Translations under genes and position numbers: made by a program
Assembly (NCBI GenBank): GCA_012026655.1
Contig: JAAILG010000866.1
Span: forward strand, 1-64,000
Length of the DNA: 64,000 bases
Reading direction: 5' to 3'
Origin: Hydrolagus affinis
Lineage: Eukaryota
In this document: one piece after another, positions 25,001 through 37,000 of the stretch
Layout: every line of letters starts with the position of its first letter
How positions within the stretch are numbered: position 1 is the stretch's first letter
The notes under the pieces: model-generated
Told to the model about the DNA's origin: nothing
The model's input: the letters and a program-made list of their open reading frames with translations, nothing else
Databases searched by the model: none

Positions 25001-28000
25001 TCAAAGTTCATCACCCAGGACTTGTACTCGCAGCTTCCTGACCCAGAGGCAAGAGTGCTGCCAACTGAGACAAGCTGACACCGATGGTAGTCATATGATA
25101 TATTTCTTGTATTTATGCTTGTAGTGATGTAACTGGGGGAGTGTTTTGTGGAATGAACTTGGTGGAAAAGAACCCACACCTACCTTTGCTTTTCCGTTAG
25201 AGCACTCACATTACAAGCGTGAGACCTGTGTGCGATTCCAAGCGGATCAGGGTGAAACCTTGGGCAAATTTCCTTACTCCACAGGCCTAATAATGATCCC
25301 TCAAAAAAAGAACAATAATAAATCGTTATTTCAATCCACAACTGTTTGTGGGACACTGCTGTGCGCAATTGGCTGCCACGTTTTGGCCCACGTGTGTACA
25401 GTCAATTCACTTTACAGTATATTCTGTGAAGCACTTTGAGACGTCTAGAAGATATGAAAAGCACTATCAAATGCAAGGATTATTATATTGCTATTTTTGA
25501 GCTATGAACAGTTACAGTTTAACTGAAATAGTAATCAAAAGGGGGACTTTTCCACCCACCTTAACCTTGGGCATTGGCCCGATGGTTGAGCAGTAGATGC
25601 TGTCTAAGTTGAGATCAGCTAAACTGGAACCAGTTGATTTAACACAGACTGGGGGTTGCTTATATTCATTTGATCATTGGAGGATCTCTTCAGTTCATTG
25701 TTGATCATTAGTGAAATTCAGGACATTTGTGTAATCAGTCAATTGTATGGGAATATATTGTTAAGGCATTTGTTTACTATGTCTTTTTTTTACTATTGTC
25801 TATTTTTTATCCTGGATACTATCACCTGGAAGCAGAGCAAATGGAAACAGGAAAAAGGAATCAGAGTTAACACAGTTGTAAACTTTTTACAGATCCGAGT
25901 CACGATGGAGCAGCAGAGGGAATTGAAAACATGGCAGATGCTGTCACACATGCTCGTTTTGTAGGAACAGATCCAGCAAGTGACGAAGTTGTCCTGATGA
26001 AAATTTTACAGGTAATGCATTATGTTGGCAAGAACCATCAGAAAAAGGCTGGATCATTCAGTTTCTGAAGCTAAAATCAAGACTGGTTACTTGGTTGGCA
26101 ATTAGAGTAATGATGTATTCCGTTTCATTCAAGCCCACATGGGAAAATCATGTTTTGACTTCAGGGTTTCTCCTTTGTGTCTGTTGTGAACAAGGGGATT
26201 ATGTAGCACTCTACATTGTTCCGATTAATTGCCTGTTTTGTATTGACTGTAGAAACCTGCTTTTTGGTCATTTTCTCCTTGTCTTGTGGTTGATGACCCA
26301 TCCTTGGAATACAGGTCCATAGCCACTGTGACCGATCTCAATTCCTTGGCTAAGAGGCAAATCTTTACATGTGAACCAAGATCGTTATTGTGAGATGCTC
26401 CTATCTCAGGGAATTGTTAGAAACGTCAGTTCCTGTTGTCACTCGACTGCCATACTGTTTTTCAGCAGTGAGCACTCAAGTCATTGGATTCCTTTTTCAA
26501 AATTCTATATCTGCTTGTTCATTTTCATTATACGAGCTTCGATTGACTAATATGTAATTTGGTTTGGATTAAATAATTTGATGCTATCCTGCATGAAGAG
26601 TGCTTTTTAAATGAAAGTTTTTGTTGTTGATACAGAATGGATGATTAAAGGCTGACTCAATTTATGGACTTCCTATAGGCAATTCAAGAGTAGCTTAGTG
26701 CAGAGTTGTATTTCAAATTATTGAAAAACGCAGAGTGGAGATCATAAGCAGTACAGAAAAAAAAATCTTATAGAACAAAGTAGAATTTTTCAGTTATGTT
26801 AGAATGGTCTTGTAGGCTAAGCTGAGGCAAAATTTTGGGCCTCCACTCCTCCACCTTCCAGTAGGCGTTTGCTGTAAATCAATCGTTGCAGCTACCATCG
26901 TTAGTTTTCTCTCAGTCACTGATAGATTAATCGTGGTTCACTGCTGCTTTGTCTGAGATCAGTTGAACTGGGCACAAATTGATCATTGAACCTGAGATAT
27001 TTTGGGTATGTTTTAACATAAAATGGAGGCTTTACCAACTGGAGCTACCTGGAAATTGTTTCAAACACACTGGATGCACAGATGCCCACGTAGTTGGAAA
27101 TTAATACCTGATGCTAATTGAACATGGAAGTATCTTGCAATACTCATAGATATAGTACAAGTACAATATGTCCAGAACAGCAGCAATATTAATGTTCTCC
27201 TATTTTAGAATTAAAAAAAAATTACAATATGCACTTTGTATATGAACTTGGTATGGATTTATTAATCGAATCCCTGCTTTTTACACATAAATGTGCTGCC
27301 ACATTTTGGAATGTAATTTCTCAAATGTGATACTGTATCTAGAAACTTATACATAAGTTAATAATCTGCCATATTATTATTATTGATAAAATGTAGCATT
27401 TAATGTGGCAAAATATAGCATTTAATCATTAGAATTGGGGCATTTCTGGAGAGCTCTGTGAACTTTTTTTTGTTGATGAAGCTTGATGTCCATATTTTCA
27501 ATCTGATTTTTTAAATATTGAACAGAAAGCTGTTATGAAAAAAAGTCAGAATTTCATAGAACATTATCTATCAATAATGATATGAGGAAAATGATTTTCT
27601 TTATTGTTTATGAGTTAGGGGTACTTTTGGTTTATGTCCATAAAAGACTTTTTCCAGATGAATGTGCACCAAATAAACAATAGCACATAGTATGCATGTT
27701 ATGCAATGTTTTGTTATGTTTTACAGGTTTTAAGAACATTACTCCTTACTCCTGTTGGTGCTCATCTAACAAATGAATCAGTTTGTGAAATAATGCAGTC
27801 ATGTTTTCGAATATGTTTTGAAATGAGACTTAGTGGTAAGTTTTTAAAAAAAAAAAGTTTTATTACTTTGATGATGTTTGTGCTTCTCTAACACAGTTTG
27901 TTTGTTTTTCTTTATTTGTATTCTGTCCCCTTGGTCGTTTACAAGGTCTAAATAAGCTACAAATTCACAGCATGCCACATACTCACACATGCACTGGTCA

Positions 28001-31000
28001 GAGGTTGAAAGTGATACTAGTCACACTCAGATATAACATATACATCCAGTGTTTTGCTGGTGATGGTGAATTGTAGAGTTATTTATGTATTGAGGCTAGC
28101 CAGCAGAGTTCTGTCTGTGTGGAGATATTTTCAGCTCTGTTACTATAATCCTGAAAATGCTAATATTACAGTAATAAAGCTGGTTATCTTTAATATAGCG
28201 TTAATTCTATCTTGCCAAAATAATGCAGAATTTCTTTGAAAACAATTTAGAAATTTTTAGATGTGCTCAACCATTGTTTTTTTCCTCCATTATGTTCTTT
28301 TTTAAAAAAAAAATCTATTTTCGATCTTAGTTTACCTTTAAGCTTTCTTACAGCTGATACTGTCCAATTTGGAAGATGAAAGCAACTTTTAAAATATAAG
28401 TGTTTAGTTTGCTGAAAGCTATCTTTCCCAGACAATTTTACAGCCTATTGGGTATGGAGTAATTCCATTATACACATATATATATTTTATATGTATATAC
28501 AGTATATATGACCATCAATATGTTCTGAAATAATTCTCACACTTAAAGTGAGGCCACAAGCTGGTGAACTTGTCGACCATGAGTCCTGGTAGTGCCTGGA
28601 TGAGTAACCTTGGGACGTCTTCCCGACATGAAAGGCACTCTATAAATGTAAATTTGTTGTTGGTTGTTTGTTGTTATTGATTAACGAGAGTTTATTTTAA
28701 CCAGTCAAATCAAGAATTGTTTTTCCCTTCCTTATTTTACATTCTCCACACATTGCAATACTGGCTATGTGCAATACTGGCTTTAAAATAATAATAATAA
28801 TCCTTGCATTTGATATAGCGCTTTTCACATCTTATCAATGTCCCAAAGCGCTTCACAGAATATATTGTAAAGTGAATTGACTATATATTTATGGGCAAAT
28901 CGCAGCAGCCAATTGCGCACAGCAGTGTCCCACAAACAGTCGTGGATTGAAATGACCAATTTTATTTTTGTGTTTGTTTTGGACGGATTATTATTATTAG
29001 GCATGTGGAGTAAGGAAACTTCCCCAAGGTTTTGCCAGGACCTGCCGGGATTCGAACACAGGTCTCCCCAGCATGGTCTCCCCAGCTTGCAAGACAAGTG
29101 CTCCAACCACTAAGCCATAGGAGCTCCACAGGAGCTCTTTCATTTAATAGGAGATACATATCTTGAGAATATCATTTCACAAGGGATCTTGTGTAATGTG
29201 CTCATTATATTGTTAATTTTACAATTAATGGAAAAGTAAAATGGTTGGGATTCCAGGTGAGTGAGGAAGCTACGACCACCAATAAGTGGGTAACAAAGGC
29301 AATGCTCATTACAAATATTTGTTGAGCCGCACATACATAACTTGTTAAGAAATTGTTGATGCACTTTATACAGACGCTGTATTGATATTTCAATACTGTA
29401 ATGTGAAAAATCTAGCTACATTCTATGAGTGTCACACAATGATAGTATCCTAACTTTTCTCTCCAAATAGTGATTAGAGACTGCATTCATGATTTAGCTC
29501 TTCCTTGAGCTGCAGTTTCATCATTTAATAATTGATAAAATGTGCAGTGCTTATTATTAGATAGAATTTATTTTGAGTAAACTAAGGCAAGAAATGTTAT
29601 ATAGTTCAATACTTTTAGCACATTATAGTGTTGGGCATTTACATTTAATGTTTGCAGAGTGACAAAAAAAACAGCAAAAAGGCACTCAGCTTTCCAAGGG
29701 ATGAACAAAGAAACCTCTGTTTTCTGGTTGATAGTGCTCTAGTGCCATCTTCTGTTTGTGTCAGACAAATGCACTTTAATTTAAAATGGTTTAATAAGTT
29801 CCACTTAATCCTTGGTAAACAAAACTAGGAGGGAGGTCCACTTGTTGGAGCCACTTGATAATATCACAATGCATAATGACACCTGTGTTATTTGTTTTTT
29901 CCCTCTGCAGAGTTATTGAGGAAATCTGCTGAGCACACACTGGTAGACATGGTGCAGCTGCTGTTCTCAAGGTAGAATACTGAGATTAACCTGTCACAAT
30001 GCTCCCTTGGGGCTTAGCAAGGGCTGTTATATTCCTCAGCATTGCAACGTTAATAATAAAAAAAAGAGGTGGACTTGTTTCATCTAATCCTGGGTATTGC
30101 TGTTTTGTTTTTTGAGTAATGCAAATGTAAGTTATTTTTATCCGTTTTAAATTTGTAACTTTTTCTTTGTGTATCATATCAGTATTGTTTTGCACATTTG
30201 CCCTTTAATAGTTTGATTCAAGATTATTCCTGTGTACCCTGCTGTGGCAAAAATGTTCCAAGATTCAAAGATTTAGTGTAATATTATTTATTTATTGAGA
30301 GGGATTGTGTTTGGTATGTCAGGTATTTTATACTTTGTTTTCTGAAAATTGCAGAATTTTAATTTTTATGTTTTTTTCATCTTTTACCGCTCTCTACTTG
30401 GAGTTTTTTTGTCATCTTTAAATTTCTTCTTTCCATCTCCTTCTCTTTCTTCTTGCCAAACCCCAGTGTAATTTCTCAACTGAAAACGCAAGCAAATGAC
30501 TTGCTCCAAATATCTATGTGACTCACTGTTGAGGTAGCCAATAGGAAATTTATGACATTGGTTTGTATTAAGTTATCCTGTGGCTTTTAAACAATACGCT
30601 TTTCCTCTGTGATCAGGCAAAAATAGGAATTGAGCATCATTCAGATCACAGTAATGTGAATCACTAGGAGGAGACCATCTAGTTTAAGTCTTAATGTCTT
30701 GCAAATATTTCCTTTTCAGGTACCTATCTAATTCTTTTTTGAAAGTTATTATCAAATTTGTTTTCATCATCCTTTCAGGCAGTCTATTACAAAAAATATT
30801 TTCACCCCTCTGGTTCTTTTTGGCAATTATCTGAAATCTATGTCCCCAGGTTAACAACCCACTTGGCAGTGGGAACAGTTTCTCCCCACCTATTCTATCA
30901 AAATCCCTCATCATTTTGAACCCCTCTATTAAATCCCCCCTTAACCATCTTCTGAGGAGAACAATCCCAGCTTCTCTAGTTTTCCCCCCCACCTCCCCCA

Positions 31001-34000
31001 CTCCCCTCCAACTGAAGAACCTCATCCCTGGTACCATTCTGATAAATCTCTGCATCCTCTCCAAGGACTTGATATTGTTCCTAAAATGTAATGCCCAAAA
31101 TTGGACACAATACTCAAGCTGAGATCTAACCAGTGTCTTACAAAGGCAATTCACATTTTGTTTTTTTTTCATGGTGAGGTGTCTAATACCTCTGCTTGAT
31201 TGATTGTTTACACAGTCTTCTCCAAAATGGGTAAACTGTTCAAAAACAGCTTGTCATTTTGTGCAGGATGTTGGTTCACTTGTGAATAATGCCACTGTGT
31301 TGCCTTTGTAATGGCTGATTAAATTGCAGGTAATGAATCATAAACCAGTTAACTGTTTCTCTACACGGAATGAGTAATTCAAACTTCAAAGAAGAACCTT
31401 CTCTCATACTCTTCTGTATACACGTTTTAAAGTCCAACTTTTGTAATTGGACACCTGTGGCAAAACTTGCATTGATGTTCTATATTAAGGAATAATAGAT
31501 ATGTGGAAGTTCAGTAAGGTGTGTTTCAAGACAAATAAAGCTGACTCTTGAATTGTTAAAATTCATTTATTAAAAACAGTTGCACTACTTTTATATTCAA
31601 ATGACACTTGTGTGTTCTGAAAGCCATTATATCTCAACTATTAGTTTATATATGGTGTGTTATGAAACTCTTGACAGCTGAGTTAAAGTTCACATTTAAT
31701 AAATGGTCATAATACATTGCTACCTTTGACCCCACTGAACAAACTCATGGTTGTTTATGACAATAAATGGAATTAGAATTAACGCATGACTTGGCTCCTG
31801 TTTGCTACATTCAATGTAAAAACAAACAGCTTCACCCTTAGAATGCTGCAGGTGAGCTAATTTGCATGGCATCATGCAATCATGTTAATCTTGATATTGT
31901 AGTCATTTTGGTGGCTTTATAAAAGAGCTGTGATACCAGCAAATTCTATTATTTTCTTTAAAAAAAAGCTTTGGTCACTAATAACAAGAGCTGGACTGGA
32001 GACTGGTAAGTTTGTGATGGGATAAACAGAGTGGTTTCACCAGCCTGAGAATTAAACCACAAACCTTCTTCCTTGCTCTTCTAAACAATTCTGTACTATG
32101 AATGTAGAATGTAATGCAGAAAAAAATTGGGCCATGTTTTCTTTTTGAATCATTGGATGCCACTTTTTTATTTGGTGACAAATGGCTCAGGGTATTTCAT
32201 TTGCACGAAAGGAACAAGAATATGATCAAATAAGTTGAGTTATTATTAAATAAATACAGCGTTAAATACAGCATCAATGGGTACTACTTCCATTTTGTAG
32301 GGTAGTTATTATAACAAAAAAGACTGACCAGGCAAGTATCACAAATATAATTTGATTGAGCATATTCATAATTGTTAGTTAGGAACATTTCATGATGTAG
32401 ATACATTGTCATCTATATGCAGTTAGCAATTATCCCTTGGGGATGAGTTAGAAAACTCTCATCTTTGACTAAAAGAGCAACTTAACAGTTTGTAAACTTC
32501 CTCCGATTTTTAAGAGATTAGAGCCTTGAGTGAATTCAGTTTTGTTTGGTTGCATTTTATTTGTGTATTTAGTTGTATTTTTCAGTCACCAGCTTTCTGT
32601 TTCACTGTTGGCCATCGGATTAAAAATATATTTGTATCTATTGTCATTTAAAAAAATAAGAGAAAACATATTTATTTAAAAAGCTCAAGATGTGATTTTT
32701 GGGACTCTCTTATGTTTGTATTATTTTCCATAGGCTGCCTCAGTTCAAAGAAGAAGCCAAGAGCTTTGTGGGAACCAGTATGAAGAAGGTATACAACACA
32801 GTTGTTGTTTTGATTCCTGGACTACAGTGGCAATTCTCCTGAAATGCAGCAGTGTGCTTAATTTAGTCCATCCTGTTTTCCAGTGTTTTCTTTGCTTGTT
32901 CACATTAAGATCTCATTTTGACTTCTTTTTTGCTTAGCATTGGTTCTGCGTTGTTTCTCGTAGGATTCCAAATTTTAAATAAAAACATTTGAAATGGTAT
33001 AATGGCAGAGATCACCATTTGACAGGAAATTGAGGATTATTTATTCTTTGAAACTTTTGAAATATAAAATCTGACCTGTTATTTTAAATTACTAAATGGT
33101 GGACAATTACTTTTTTTTAGTCCGGTCAAATAATGATTTTTGCCTTCAGTGGTGTTACATGCTCTCTCCCCTGCTTTTGAAAAAAGACATTTTAACTGCT
33201 GGTGCAAGTACTGTATTAAGATGACAAACTCAAAAAGAAAACTTTATTTAAAAATGGAGGGGTATAGAATGTTCCAGAAGGATTGAATTGAAAACATCGG
33301 CAGTGATAACCTTGTATAGTATGTTGAGAATAATTCAAAAATTAAGGAAAGTGAATGGTCATGCCAGGGAAATACACAGAATGGTTTATAGCAGCTGGGT
33401 TCAATTGATACAGAGAAAAGGATTAACATGATCTGTGTTGAGGTAGGAAGGATATGTAAAGACAATTACATTATAATAATGGATGATGCCAAATGTAAAC
33501 AGGAAATTCCTCAGTTACACTGATAGAACAAAATATTCTGGGGGGCTTTGTGCAGGCATATGTAATATACACTCTTGCACCAGTATCAGTCACTGGCAAC
33601 AAATTACTACACTGTAATTTATGCTATATTTGACTGAATGTATTCTCTTTAAGATAAAAGTAACCAGGAGTAGAACTTGTATTTCTTAGTGCGTGGGTAG
33701 GAATGCTGTAAACTGCATATCCCTTTCACTGCATGTTAAAGACTCCATGTGTTTTACTGCAAACTGAAATACTGCTTGAATTTCTGTCATCGCAAAAGTC
33801 AAAATGCCAATCTAATTCCAAACCCCAAAATGGAGTATACCTGAATTGGGAATCTGTTGAACAAAACTGTGTGGTACTGTATTGGGATTTGCAAACCTGC
33901 ACCATTGTTAGTATAAATATCCAGCAGTTCAGACAAATGTCTGAACAATAAGTTTTTGTCACATCAGAATGTTCTGGTAGATAGTGAATCTAAATAATGT

Positions 34001-37000
34001 ACAAACAACAACAAATTGCATCTGTGTAGCACCTTTCACGTCAGGAGGACGTCCCAAGGTGCTGATATTCATCTTGAATATAAACTATGTCCTCACTATA
34101 CTACCTTTAAATTTTGTGTGCTGATCGCATGGAATGTGTTGAGTGATGCATGATGCTATCTTGAAGCCATTCGGGGACTTTTACTTAAAGGTGGACTTTA
34201 GTGAGGGCATGACAAGATTATAATTCATAAACTGTACATAATAATGAGGATTTTTCTACATTCCTCATTAAAATATAATTGCTTACTGTGCCAGTTAATA
34301 TTATTAATCCCTGCATTTGTTACCATATTTCAGCCTAAATTGGATATGCTGAATGTTTATTTAACCCCATAATTACAAACGAATTTTGCAAATTTATTTC
34401 ACTTATTATTGGTAACTGCAATTTTTTCCCCCGAGGCTTACACAATCTTGTGGAAAAACAAACGAGTGCAGGTAAGGATGTTACACTGATGCAAAATGTG
34501 TCAGTCTAAGGAAAGGCATCAGTACCTCCCTGATGGCTGAACATTTATTTTAGCTTATTACTGGTAGGCGAACCCTACTTTATTAATAAAGCTCAATAAA
34601 TTAGTTTCTTTTTTGAAAAAGATATGAAATGTGAATTTAAAAGATATGACTTTTTCCTGTGTTAATGTACATATACCAAAGGAACACAACAGGTTTTATT
34701 TAGATTCAACATATCCTATGCAGGTTTGTTTATAAGGTGCACACTGTTTCAAAATATAATCTTATAATTTAATCCATAGGGGATATCTTTCATCTGCTTC
34801 CTCCCACCCCTTCTCGTTTTTTTTATTACCATTCAGAATTTCTTTGCTAGTTCACTTTTGTTTTCAGGTTCTGTGTTTTTGATCACTGTCACATGTATAA
34901 ATGGAGGGATTCATCATTTCATTGCTGGGAAATTTATCTTTTTGGTTTTTTTCTGTGAGAGAATATACTGCTGCTTTCAGTTATTAGTATTAAGCATTCA
35001 TTTTCAAGTGATAGTTTCACATCCCTAAGTACAGTATGCTTCAGATAACTTTCTTGTAACTTTGACTTGAACAAAATCTATTTTGCTTATGAAAAGATTT
35101 TAGTTATGTAGTAAGACCAATAGGTGATCATTTATTTTAAAACTTGTATTCTCTGATTTTTTCAAAACTGCTGCAAACAAATTGATTCTTCCTGGAATTG
35201 CAAAAAAATCTTAAAAATCCATATGATAATAAACCCTCCCCCCAAAAACACAATAATAAAATTGGTAATTTCAATCCACGACTGTTTGTGGGACACTGCT
35301 GTGCGCAATTGGCTGCCGCGTTTTGCCCACAAATGTACAGTCAATGCACTTTACAGTATATTCTGTGAAGTGCTTTCAGACATCTAGAAGACGTGAAAAG
35401 CGCTATATCAAAAGCTAGGATTATTATGAATTTTTTTCATAAAATTACATATAAGGCTGATTTGACAAACTTATGCCATTGTGCATTCTAATTTCTTTAC
35501 TTTCTTCAGCTGAAATAAAATACCGCAGGCTCATTTTAGGTTGAATTAAAGATTATTTAGATAGTTTATCTACAGTGTAAAGCAAAATACTTTTCAGATT
35601 ATATTTTAACTTGTGCTCCTGAGTCCTATCTCTTCCAGCTCTATTTTCTAAATCTCACAAACCAGATCTTATACCCTCGTTTCCTTGATATGAATATGTG
35701 TATTGTAAAATAATGATTGATTTACGCATTGAATTGAAAGCAACTTCTGCATTTGTGTATTTTATTTGGTAATTTGTTTGTGTGAACATTTAGACTTGCA
35801 GTGTGAACACTGATTGTCATTGTAAGTACAAAAAAGGAATGACTCCAACATTAAAAGTAAAGCTGCATATATTATGAAAGCAATTATTTCAAGCTACAAT
35901 CAGATTTTGTTCAAATAGTTAAAATTTTGTTCAAAATTTTGTTCAAAAAACACATGAGTGTTGCATGCCTGATAGATGACATCATCTTTGATTTGGATGT
36001 AATCTCTGTCATATACTGGTAGCTGCTTTTCATCTTCTATTGTTAATTACAGTATAACAAACTATTACAATTCTCAAAGTGTTAACAGATTAAAAATTCA
36101 AATTATTTTTTTATTTCTGAATCCCACTTTAAGAAGACTCAAAGCTGCGTGATGAACAACATATATATTTTAGAGTTTGGTTTCTTTTTTTTAACAGTAC
36201 CCTGTTGAAACATTGCAAAAGTAAGGTGTGGTCGGGGAAATAAAGCTTTGCTTTATCTTTGGGTTTCAGAATCATAAAGTTGAGGTTTTTATTCAATTCA
36301 CAGCTTAAGATGAGAGCAGGAGGAATGAGCGACTCCTCTAAGTGGAAAAAACAAAAGAAATCGCCACGACCATCTCGTCATGTCACTAAACTTCCCTCAG
36401 CATCAGAACAGCAATCTGTACCTGGACAGGTTTTATACAGTTCTGGGAGTGCTGTACCTCAGCTGTTAAACAGCAATGCAGGTAAGAATTATTTTGTATA
36501 TTGACCCTAGAAACTTTAAATAATAATAACCATGAATGACTGACCAATTTATCGGGAGGATTATTCCAACCACTATACCTGAATCTCTGGAACTCCCTGC
36601 CTCAATCCCTCTGCCTTGTTCAGTCTCAGGATGTCTTCCTGATGTGAAGACACTATACAGATATCATTTTGTTGTTCAAATCATATCTGGAGTCTTTCAT
36701 GTTCAAATGTGCTTTTGGTCACTTCCCTTCTCTTTGCAGCTTGGCGTCAAGCTACACTGCTGTTAAGTACCCCAAGACACTACCTGCATGAAGGGCCTAT
36801 CTAATTGCAAGTTGTTGTTTACAAGAATGCTGGGAGAAATTCCAAAATTCCAAAATAGTGCCACAGGATCTTTAATGACTACCGAAATCAGCACACTGCA
36901 CCTTGGCTTACCTAATTTGAAGGTTGGCACCTCTGACATTGAAGCATCATTAATAAAAAAATTATTACCACTAATTCCGTTATTGCACTAGAGTGTGATC

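Noticed and set aside
28825-29159. Recurrent ORFs with [13 protein letters not shown]-like peptides (also 25180, 35162, 51145)
   Set aside because: Translations of SINE copies, not a protein family
30684-31172. 162-aa minus-strand ORF as a host gene
   Set aside because: It is a degenerate CR1 reverse-transcriptase C-terminal fragment
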